Shown: positions 40,465 to 49,056, counted from the stretch's first letter. The stretch is 64,000 bases of DNA from Thermoplasmata archaeon (GCA_020054475.1 JAHWGJ010000002.1:38100-102099); one strand, 5' to 3'. The notes: a model not told the origin generated them from the sequence alone. Numbers and translations are program-made.

Positions 40465-41448
40465 CTATATTAGGAATTCTAGAATTGGAAATCGTTGAAT
40501 TAATCTTAATATCCAAGGATTGAAATCATTGATTGATTTGCTTCTTGGCATTGAAACAGATAACGGATCTGACCATTCGCTCTGAGCTCCATTACTATCT
40601 TTTGCTTTTACTCTGATCTCATAGGTTCCCTGTGAAGTCCATGAGTGAGATGTACTAACTGTTGCTCCAGATGCATAGTAACTTCCACTGTTATCATCCC
40701 ATTCATCAACAACATTGTCTCCATTCCAGTCCCAAGCATACTTGACTTTATCGCCATCTGGATCAGTTGTAGATGAGGAATATGTATATGACTTTCCTAT
40801 TTCTCCCGAAGTTGGGCCAGAAGGAGTACTTGGATTAAAAGGAGGAAAATTTCCACCATCATCAGATAACTTTGCAACAAAAACATCACTATATCTTTGG
40901 CTTTGGCTGGTTAGAGTGTATGGGCCAAAATCTGCAATACCACTGAAATATCCAGTTACTATTGTGGAGCCGTCCGAAAGCGTTACGATTGCCTGGCCTG
41001 CATCCTTATAATACATCCCACCTGCACGTTTCCCCCATGCGATAGTGCCGTCGGAATTGTACTTGGCCAAGAAAATATCGGTACTACCATCTGAAACCAG
41101 AACAGTTTCGGAATTTTCACCTTTCCCGAATGTCGCTGAACCACTGAAATATCCAGTTACTATTGTGGAGCCGTCCGAAAGCGTTACGATTCCCTGGCCT
41201 GCATCCTCAGACGTCCCACCTGCCCCTTTTGCCCATTGCCAGTCCCCGTTTTTATTTAATATATTACTTTCTCCTTCTTTATGTCTATTAAAAAACGATT
41301 TATAATCAGCAGTAGTTGAACTACTAGTTATACCTTTATAAATGGAAATATTGGATTTAACATCATTTAATTCTACACATCCATTTACTGAAAAAGCAGT
41401 CGCAATCAACAGCGTCAAAACAAAAATTCCAATAATTTTCTTCATCAT
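40465..41448 (-). CDS. secreted SBBP-like beta-propeller-repeat protein with the shared PKD-like/SMP tail module
   Basis: 327 aa. Signal peptide, duplicated GQ(G/A)IVTLSDGSTIVTGYFSG units, and C-terminus ..KYAWDWNGD..GTYEIRVKAKD..SEWSDPLSVSMPRSK..ILRLIQRFPILEFLI. Confidence 0.85.
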   Translation of the reverse strand: MMKKIIGIFVLTLLIATAFSVNGCVELNDVKSNISIYKGITSSSTTADYKSFFNRHKEGESNILNKNGDWQWAKGAGGTSEDAGQGIVTLSDGSTIVTGYFSGSATFGKGENSETVLVSDGSTDIFLAKYNSDGTIAWGKRAGGMYYKDAGQAIVTLSDGSTIVTGYFSGIADFGPYTLTSQSQRYSDVFVAKLSDDGGNFPPFNPSTPSGPTSGEIGKSYTYSSSTTDPDGDKVKYAWDWNGDNVVDEWDDNSGSYYASGATVSTSHSWTSQGTYEIRVKAKDSNGAQSEWSDPLSVSMPRSKSINDFNPWILRLIQRFPILEFLI

Positions 41449-41530
41449 TTTTATCTCCCTAACATAGGTTCCCCTGATTATTATAATGCAATCTTAATTT
41501 AAAACATTAACGCATGTAAACATGTGTTAT

Positions 41531-41606
41531 CGCAACATTTGTAGCATTATCACTTGGTGAATATGATGTAGTCATTCATCATATTTTGAAGCCTCTCGAG
41601 AAATAA
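41531..41606 (-). repeat. island intergenic repeat, copy E (full length)
   Basis: Reverse complement: GTTATTTCTCGAGAGGCTTCAAAATATGATGAATGACTACATCATATTCACCAAGTGATAATGCTACAAATGTTGCG. Confidence 0.8.
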
Positions 41607-41679
41607 CTTCTCATATAATATAAAGTGTGATTCTAAATTTCAACGAAATAAATTTAAACAAAACCAAAATGTCACCAAT

Positions 41680-42648
41680 ATGCTCAAATCTATACGATTA
41701 ATTGCTACCATTTCTAGGGCAGAGTTTATTTTACCTAATCTCGGCTCTCTAATCATGGGAGTTGCATGGGGGGTTACATCAGATATTAGTTTGACTAATT
41801 TGATTATTTTAATTATTTTATCTTTTTCAATTATCAATCTTAGCTCTGCAATTGGCGCCCAAATCAATACCCTCTCTGATTATGAGTTGGATTTGAAAGA
41901 TGATCGAAAGAAAAAACTTGTTCAATCTTTGGATTCCTTTGGAAAAAACCGTATGAAAGTCGTCTTACTGATTGAGTTTATTATCACTTTGATATTGGTC
42001 ATTTTATTCATGGTTCTCCAAAATAATCCAATCCTATTGTTGATGTGGGTTGTTGGAATTTCATTAGGGTGGATATATTCTGCTCCACCAGTTCGTTTAA
42101 AATCAAGATCTTGGCTTGCACCAGTATCATTAATACTTGTTCTTGGAATCTTTCCAGTTTTGTTTGCATATTTGACATTTACTTCAGTATTTCAACTATT
42201 CTTTCTTCTTGCTATTGCCGGGTTGGCTCTTACTATATATGGTGTGATTATACCAACAGAGATTAGAGATTACTTTGGAGACAAGGTGATGGATATTGAC
42301 ACAATGACTGTACATCTTGGTCTTGTTAAAGCATCTTTTACATGTATTGTTTTGATATGCCTCGGTGGAATTCTTTTTACTACAGCATTTCTCCTTGAAT
42401 GGATGAATGGCCCTCGACCATTCTTAAGTTTTTTACTTCTAATTATACCTATTTCAATTTTCTATGTTATCAGAAGTGTAAAGAAACTCTATTCCCTCTC
42501 CAAAGAGTACATTATATCGCAAGAAAATAATTCTTTGAAGGATCAGATAATAAACATATCTGCACACAATCCAAAGTGGATTATGATCATTACCCAAACT
42601 TATAGCATCCTATCTATTATTCTCCTTGTGAATAAATTTTTAATCTAA
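41680..42648 (+). CDS. UbiA-family membrane prenyltransferase (copy 2, divergent)
   Basis: 322 aa, polytopic. NTLSDYELD (N-x3-D-x3-D) and a second acidic motif RDYFGD. Confidence 0.75.
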   Translation: MLKSIRLIATISRAEFILPNLGSLIMGVAWGVTSDISLTNLIILIILSFSIINLSSAIGAQINTLSDYELDLKDDRKKKLVQSLDSFGKNRMKVVLLIEFIITLILVILFMVLQNNPILLLMWVVGISLGWIYSAPPVRLKSRSWLAPVSLILVLGIFPVLFAYLTFTSVFQLFFLLAIAGLALTIYGVIIPTEIRDYFGDKVMDIDTMTVHLGLVKASFTCIVLICLGGILFTTAFLLEWMNGPRPFLSFLLLIIPISIFYVIRSVKKLYSLSKEYIISQENNSLKDQIINISAHNPKWIMIITQTYSILSIILLVNKFLI

Positions 42649-42722
42649 TTATGAAACGGCATTATAAAATTTTTTTCTACTAAATTGAAATTGTGAATAG
42701 ATTCTTCTATAAAATAAAAATA

Positions 42723-42753
42723 TCATTATTACTTGCTGATAATGATGTCAACC
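42723..42753 (-). repeat. island intergenic repeat, copy G (module 2 fragment)
   Basis: Reverse complement: GGTTGACATCATTATCAGCAAGTAATAATGA. Confidence 0.6.
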
Positions 42754-42804
42754 TTCGTTTGTTGACTTAAATAGTTATAAATTCTTAACACATTCAATAA
42801 AACA

Positions 42805-43797
42805 ATGATTAATGTTAGAAACTTCTTTCCGAGATACTTTGACATATCAGAGGAAAACGGAATTGCAAGATATGTACAGTGTAAACACGTTTCTGTTAAT
42901 TTTAGTAAGTTAGAAACCACCGATTTTTTGTGGAAAAAACATGACACTGCCATTCAAAACATGAAGCTTTGTGATATTGAACCAGAAAAATCTCTATTAG
43001 ATCTTAAAATAGAGTTAGCATCTAGAATGTTTAGGGAATGTTGTTTCTGCGAAAGAAGATGTAAGGTTGATCGGACAAAAGAATCAGGGAATTGTGGAGT
43101 ACAACAACCTGCAATCGCATCTGAATTTTTACATCTTGGGGAAGAAAGCGTACTTATACCATCATATACTGTTTTTTTCTCAGGATGTACATTTCATTGC
43201 GTGTTTTGTCAGAACTGGGACATAAGTCAACGTAACGCAGGTATTTTTATTGAACCTGCAGTATTGGTAAAAATGATACGTGCAAGAAAAAATCAAGGTG
43301 CAAGAAATGTTAATTGGGTAGGTGGTGATCCTACACCCAACATTCTTTATATTCTTGAAACGTTGAAAAATTGTAATGTAAATATCCCTCAGATTTGGAA
43401 TTCAAATATGTATTGTTCAATGGAGACTATAAAACTTCTCAATGGTGTTATTGATTTGTATCTTACAGATTTTAAATATGGAAACGATGAATGTGCTCAA
43501 CGTCTATCAAAAGTTGATAATTACATGGACATTATCAAAAGAAATCACAGAATCGTAGAAAAAAATGGGGAGATGATTATACGTCATCTTGTAATGCCTA
43601 CCCATATTGAATGCTGTTCAAAATCAATACTGCAGTGGATCGCCGATAATATTTCAAATATTCCAGTCAACATCATGGGACAATACCGTCCAGATTATTT
43701 TGCAAAAAAATATCAAGACATCTCTTGCAGTGTATCATCAGAAGAAATTAGAACTGTTGAAGATTTTGCAAAAAAATTACAAATCATTTGTTTGTAG
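42805..43797 (+). CDS. radical SAM enzyme, PflX-like (COG1313, PFL-activase homologue)
   Basis: 330 aa with the CTFHCVFCQNWDIS CxxxCxxC cluster motif, preceded by the extra Cys cluster CCFCERRCKVDR..GNCG typical of PflX-type proteins. Confidence 0.85.
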   Translation: MINVRNFFPRYFDISEENGIARYVQCKHVSVNFSKLETTDFLWKKHDTAIQNMKLCDIEPEKSLLDLKIELASRMFRECCFCERRCKVDRTKESGNCGVQQPAIASEFLHLGEESVLIPSYTVFFSGCTFHCVFCQNWDISQRNAGIFIEPAVLVKMIRARKNQGARNVNWVGGDPTPNILYILETLKNCNVNIPQIWNSNMYCSMETIKLLNGVIDLYLTDFKYGNDECAQRLSKVDNYMDIIKRNHRIVEKNGEMIIRHLVMPTHIECCSKSILQWIADNISNIPVNIMGQYRPDYFAKKYQDISCSVSSEEIRTVEDFAKKLQIICL

Positions 43798-43850
43798 AAT
43801 TATTACTTGGGGGATATGATGGAAATGGATATAACAAATAGAATAATTGT

Positions 43851-45473
43851 TTACTCAAGATAGAAGAAAAACAATAACAATATTCCTCTAATATCTGCTA
43901 AAACCTTCGGCGCGTTATCTGCCCAAGCGGCACCTGTTATCTCAGTGTGGCCAAACCCTAATATTAAACGCGTTTTTCCAACTGTTATTTCTTGGTCGGG
44001 TTCAAGAGTTCCTATTATTAAGCCAGAGGATTGTCCTCCTAAGATAATGAAATCTCCATCAATTGTAATACTCCAGCTGACATTATATGCAACGTCATTT
44101 CCAATATTCTTTACGGTCATTTTCATTGGTGATAAATCACTTATAACAAGTACAGGTGTTGGTATTGTTTCATATGATGAAAAGTAAATATCATAATTAC
44201 CGTTTCTTAAATCGGTAAAAACAATTCCACTTTCACATATATCAATAGAACCCTTTTTACTAACAACTGTCCCATTTACATCATTTTTCCGCATCGCCTC
44301 ATTCCATGTAACACCAGCATCTTCAGATATTTTAAGGTAGAGATTCCCTTTTTTCACATAAGAACAATACACATTGTTACCTTGCATGTATACAGCAGGA
44401 GTACTAGCATTACTTTCAACAGTAGATACTTGCCAGTTGAACCCTGGTTCATATACTGCTGAGGTGTTACTCGATTTACATATAACATTTTCATCTTCAA
44501 CATACACAACACAAACCTTGTTTCCACTACCCGAAACATCTGGGTCTGTTCCGATTCCAAGATATTCACTAGGCATTACTTCAGGATCCCCATATTTCTC
44601 CATACCATTTTTTTGTCTTCCACTAGTAATAAGGCGCTCATTCATGACGTTTGTTTTTATACTGATTTTTGTTCCACTATCAAAATCAGTTTCGAAAACA
44701 AAAAAGAGTTGATTAGCATTTGAGTCCATTTCTAGTTGTGATGCTGGAGCGGATTGAAAAAATGAGTTACCATCGGAGTAGAAACCCCCCATCACTGGCG
44801 GAGGTTCAAAGTCAGGGTATGTATAGTATCCCAGGTTCAATGTCTGTAACAATCCATAGGTGTCTTCAGTTGTAAGTGATAAGAAGAAATTGTTCGTACA
44901 CGCACATGCACAATAAAAGTAATCTGTTCCACCTGAAATTCCATACCATAATGCCTCTGCAGCATTTGCGATATCTCCAGAGATAAAGGACATTTCATTG
45001 TTATAGATTTCTGCATTTGGGTCAATCATTGTAAGATACAGCAAATCATTAGGATAATTATATACAATATCCGGGTATTGTAGTAATCCTGTACCGCTGG
45101 AAAAGTTAATGGAGTCAAATAAGAATTGCTCATTCCATAAATAACCATTAGTAGAATACACAACAGGTATCTGACTTCTATTTAAACCGATTTCTTGTTC
45201 AAAAACGACAATAGAATGACCAAGATTATTTGTTGTCATTCTTGGGTGAAAATCATTTCCAATATTATTGGATATTAAAGTATTATCAACAAGACATTGT
45301 TGTCCCATAACATCATTTTTTATAGCTTTAATATTCTGTTGCCATGGGTCATCTATATTATCATCAACATATATGATATTATTAGAAGAAACTTCATAGG
45401 TGGAGACAAAAGGAAGTATACTTGAATGTAACAATAAAACAAATCCTAACATCAAGGAAATATTTTTCATCAT
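43851..45473 (-). CDS. secreted BNR/Asp-box repeat protein
   Basis: 540 aa. Signal peptide and one clear Asp-box SEDAGVTWNE. No PKD/SMP tail. Confidence 0.65.
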   Translation of the reverse strand: MMKNISLMLGFVLLLHSSILPFVSTYEVSSNNIIYVDDNIDDPWQQNIKAIKNDVMGQQCLVDNTLISNNIGNDFHPRMTTNNLGHSIVVFEQEIGLNRSQIPVVYSTNGYLWNEQFLFDSINFSSGTGLLQYPDIVYNYPNDLLYLTMIDPNAEIYNNEMSFISGDIANAAEALWYGISGGTDYFYCACACTNNFFLSLTTEDTYGLLQTLNLGYYTYPDFEPPPVMGGFYSDGNSFFQSAPASQLEMDSNANQLFFVFETDFDSGTKISIKTNVMNERLITSGRQKNGMEKYGDPEVMPSEYLGIGTDPDVSGSGNKVCVVYVEDENVICKSSNTSAVYEPGFNWQVSTVESNASTPAVYMQGNNVYCSYVKKGNLYLKISEDAGVTWNEAMRKNDVNGTVVSKKGSIDICESGIVFTDLRNGNYDIYFSSYETIPTPVLVISDLSPMKMTVKNIGNDVAYNVSWSITIDGDFIILGGQSSGLIIGTLEPDQEITVGKTRLILGFGHTEITGAAWADNAPKVLADIRGILLLFFFYLE

Positions 45474-45510
45474 TACCTCCCAATATAATATTAGATGTTC
45501 TGATATAAAA

Positions 45511-45572
45511 TCATTTGTAGCATTATTACTTGCTGATTATGATGTCAATTGATATGATTTTGAGAATTGTAC
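45511..45572 (-). repeat. island intergenic repeat, copy F (module 2 intact, module 1 degenerate)
   Basis: Reverse complement: GTACAATTCTCAAAATCATATCAATTGACATCATAATCAGCAAGTAATAATGCTACAAATGA. Confidence 0.7.
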
Positions 45573-45725
45573 AAATTCTAAAATAAAGTTATTAAAAATG
45601 AATGCTTGAGCAAAAAATATAATTTATAATACTATTATTTACTAATTATTTTGTATTTTTCTCCAAGAAATTATCAATAGTTAGTATATTATTAAAATAT
45701 TGAGGGATTTTAACCTAGACTCTGT

Positions 45726-45742
45726 AATCCCTCCGTCGGCTT
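45726..45742 (+). repeat. attR2: copy of the tRNA-Thr 3' end
   Basis: AATCCCTCCGTCGGCTT is identical to 40057-40073. Confidence 0.65.
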
Positions 45743-45795
45743 ATATCGCCCTTTTTTATAAAAAAATCAACACTACAAACCTTTTTTAATGAATT

Positions 45796-46518
45796 TTAAA
45801 TTTCATCTACACATACAGATATTGCAATCTTCAAGGCATCAATCATAGTTTCCAAGTCCATACCATTCTCTGGATCTTGAGAGGAAAGAAGAGGGACATG
45901 GATAAATCCTGCCTCTATCGAAAGATCATTTCTATCAATAAAATTTAGAACTCCGTAAAATACTTCATTGCAAATAAAGCTGCCAGCATTATAATTCTGT
46001 TCTGTAGATATATTCACTCTATTAATTTCACGAACAATATTTTTTGTAGGAAGAGGAGATAATAACAAAAATGGACCACGAGGATCTATTCTACGAAATA
46101 AAAATACATTCCCTTCATTATCAGGTTTAATACATGATTTTAAATTTATTCCTATTTTTTCAACATGTATCGAGTTTATCATTCCAGCACCCATGCTTAT
46201 TACAATGTCTGGATTGTAACCCATGATTCCCTGAGTTACAAAATCTACAGCTTCACCCCAAATTACAGGCGCCGTAATACCAAAGACTATAGCTCCATTT
46301 ATTGTTTCACCATTAAGATTCTCTGCAATCAATTGAGAAGGATTAGGAGTATACTTAGCCCAAGATTCAAAACCAGTGATCAAAACAGTTTTTTCATAGC
46401 AACAATCAACAATATTTACTAAATTAATATCATCTTCAAATGATCCAACAGGAATTACATATGACCCTATCAAAAGAATTGAAAAACATAAGACTATTAC
46501 AATTCTATTAAATCTCAT
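45796..46518 (-). CDS. pcp: pyroglutamyl (pyrrolidone-carboxylate) peptidase I, peptidase C15, with N-terminal signal-like segment
   Basis: VLITGFE.W....NPS, catalytic-region blocks HVEKIGIN (Glu), AGSFICNEVFY (Cys) and GFIHVP (His). N-terminus MRFNRIVIVLCFSILLIGSYVIPVGS is hydrophobic. Confidence 0.88.
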   Translation of the reverse strand: MRFNRIVIVLCFSILLIGSYVIPVGSFEDDINLVNIVDCCYEKTVLITGFESWAKYTPNPSQLIAENLNGETINGAIVFGITAPVIWGEAVDFVTQGIMGYNPDIVISMGAGMINSIHVEKIGINLKSCIKPDNEGNVFLFRRIDPRGPFLLLSPLPTKNIVREINRVNISTEQNYNAGSFICNEVFYGVLNFIDRNDLSIEAGFIHVPLLSSQDPENGMDLETMIDALKIAISVCVDEI

Positions 46519-46826
46519 TGAATATATATAATGAGATTTAATTTATATAAGAATATGGTTCAAAATCAGCTTAGCTTTTTTATTATTTTAATAGTAAAAT
46601 ATCTTTAATTCTTTAATATAGCATGAATTCAATAAATTTATAACGAAAAAAAAGAATTCTGAATCTTAATTCAAGTAAAATAATACAATAACATTAATTT
46701 ATTAACTTTAAAAAATAAAAATCAAAATAATATATATAAAATTTGAATTATTTCAAAAGTTGAATTTTCAGTATTAATAATTGTTTTGATATCTAGTTTA
46801 CTATCCTAAATTGCCGTCTATTATTT

Positions 46827-48917
46827 TTATTTCGAAAATAATTTATTTTTTCTAAAAATGAATAATATAATACCTGCAATAATAAATATAAATAACTCAA
46901 AACCTGGAAAACCTGATGGTTCAACTATTGTTATAACAGCAGATGACATATCAGTATCACCATTATTATCTTCTACTGTTAATTCAACTATATATTTCCC
47001 TGCCTCAATATATTTATGTTCAATAATTTCTCCATAACCCATTGATCCATCACCAAAAGACCAAGTATAATTCACTATTATACCATCTGAGTCAGAACTA
47101 TCTGAAGCTATAAATGTAATCATTTCATCAGTTGTTCCATTAATTGGAATTTCATGTATCGCAATTGGCGCTTTATTTACATAATCACCTATTGTTACAA
47201 AAATTATTTCAGAATCAGTTGTTCCATCATTATCTATAACCGTTAAAGTAACTTTATATGAACCTTTATTATTATAAACATGCTCTGGTGACTCAGCTAA
47301 AATTTCACTAGACTCATCACCAAAATTCCATCTATAAAAATCAATTTCACCATCAGTATCATAGCTATCTGAACCATCAAAACCTATAATCTGACCCGGA
47401 TCGGAGCTGTAAGGTCCACCAGCATCAGCCACCGGTGGCTCATTATCAGGAGGAGTAGTTTTTGTAAAAAAAATCCAAGGATCTGATTTATTATCCTGTC
47501 TACTATCATTTACAATTGCATACCATGCATAAGTTCTATTAAAACCAAGTGTTAATTGTCCAACTGCAACATCACCAGTATTAACTCTTTTATCTGTATC
47601 TATTAATTCATCATTTTCTGCATTATAAAAATAAACTGTAAGTTCATCACTATCATCATCTTCTACTTCAACTTCAAGCGTTATTCTTAAACCAACCCCT
47701 GTTTCCAAATCCTCTGGAGATGGATTAAAAGGTTTTTTAGGTGGTTTCAAAAAATCACCTAACGGAAACATATCAGTAACGCCATATTTTTCATAAAAAA
47801 TATCACCGATTCCATCAAGATCTAGGTCTAAATCGTTATAGTCACTCCAATAATTCCCCTTTTCCTCATAATACCATTGATTATTTCCAAAATCTTGAGC
47901 AGATTTACCATTATCTAAAAATCTATTTAAAGATATAATATTATTTTTACTGCTTGCAAGAGCATTAATGCCAGATCCTGATGAGTTAGATATATTATTA
48001 TTTTTAATATTGTTATTTGATCCTTTTATTTCGATAGCGCCGATATTTGATTCGAATTTATTTTCATTTATTTCACAGTCTGATGAATCCAAATAAATAC
48101 AATCTTCATTATACATGAATTCATTTTGTTCAATTATGCTATCATCACTATTTTTAAGATATATTCCATAAAAAGTAGTATTTGAAATCGTATTATTTGT
48201 GATATTCACATCTTTACTTTTATCTATTTTTAATCCATAAGTTGAATTTGAAATAGTATTCCCATATATTCTACCATTTGAGTTAACAAATGAAATAGCA
48301 TATTCAGAACAATTGGAAATTGTGTTAATAACTATATCATTTGTATCAGAATTTTCAATATTAATCCCTCTGCTCACATTTTCTATGTGATTTCCACTTA
48401 TGATATTTCCACTTGAATCAGGGTTAATATAGATTGCTGAGCTATTTGTCTGATTAAATGTGTTACCTTGAATTATCACATTATCTGAATTTATATAAAT
48501 TAGACTTCCTATTGGCGATGATTTTATGTTTTCAATATCACTTATAACAAAATCGATTAATTCAACATGGTCAGCTGTAATTTCAATAGTATATCGCTGA
48601 TTAATATTACTATCAATAATGCTGGCAGGTCCCTCTGTGCCTTCTATGCTACCCCAAATTTTTAGAGTTTTATCAATTTCAAGGGTTTCCTCATATAAAC
48701 CACCAAAAACATAAATTGTATCTCCTTCCTCAGCTATATCAATCGCATATTGTATACTAGCATATGGTTTTTCAGCAGTTCCCTCTCGAATTCCATGATA
48801 GTTTACATCTACATATATTTCATTACCTTCTGCCCGACAATTTTCATTAAATATTATATTAAAACTTCCAAAAATCATTGAAAAAAATATTAACAATATC
48901 ACTATTTTTGATTTCAT
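46827..48917 (-). CDS. secreted right-handed beta-helix (NosD/PbH1-like) protein with two PKD domains and PGF-CTERM
   Basis: 696 aa. Many N-x-I-x-x-N beta-helix rungs, two PKD units (..YRWNFGDES..GSYKVTLTVIDNDG.. and ..YTWSFGDGS..GKYIVELTVEDNNG..), and terminal SGFPGFELFIFIIAGIILFIFRKNK. Confidence 0.85.
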   Translation of the reverse strand: MKSKIVILLIFFSMIFGSFNIIFNENCRAEGNEIYVDVNYHGIREGTAEKPYASIQYAIDIAEEGDTIYVFGGLYEETLEIDKTLKIWGSIEGTEGPASIIDSNINQRYTIEITADHVELIDFVISDIENIKSSPIGSLIYINSDNVIIQGNTFNQTNSSAIYINPDSSGNIISGNHIENVSRGINIENSDTNDIVINTISNCSEYAISFVNSNGRIYGNTISNSTYGLKIDKSKDVNITNNTISNTTFYGIYLKNSDDSIIEQNEFMYNEDCIYLDSSDCEINENKFESNIGAIEIKGSNNNIKNNNISNSSGSGINALASSKNNIISLNRFLDNGKSAQDFGNNQWYYEEKGNYWSDYNDLDLDLDGIGDIFYEKYGVTDMFPLGDFLKPPKKPFNPSPEDLETGVGLRITLEVEVEDDDSDELTVYFYNAENDELIDTDKRVNTGDVAVGQLTLGFNRTYAWYAIVNDSRQDNKSDPWIFFTKTTPPDNEPPVADAGGPYSSDPGQIIGFDGSDSYDTDGEIDFYRWNFGDESSEILAESPEHVYNNKGSYKVTLTVIDNDGTTDSEIIFVTIGDYVNKAPIAIHEIPINGTTDEMITFIASDSSDSDGIIVNYTWSFGDGSMGYGEIIEHKYIEAGKYIVELTVEDNNGDTDMSSAVITIVEPSGFPGFELFIFIIAGIILFIFRKNKLFSK

Positions 48918-49056
48918 TTATATCCATCATCCTCTAATCTATCTTGTTTTTTGAAATGTATTGACATAATTTATACTTTTCTTAAAAAAGATAATAATTT
49001 TGTAAGATTAATTTTATATATGTAATTTTATTACTCCGAATGTTAAGGTGACAAAA

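Larger units (their letters stand above)
40057..45742 (+). mobile_element. about 5.7-kb integrase-less insertion (remnant or satellite element) in tRNA-Thr
   Basis: Bounded by 17-bp perfect direct repeats of the tRNA 3' end. Its cargo shares the PKD/SMP-tail family, a UbiA gene and the intergenic repeat with the tRNA-Tyr element. Confidence 0.5.

Noticed and set aside
30481-45572. Whether the intergenic repeat family is a CRISPR array
   Set aside because: The copies are kilobases apart, in both orientations, of unequal length, and separated by genes. No cas genes are present, and nothing else in the window has regular repeat-spacer structure.
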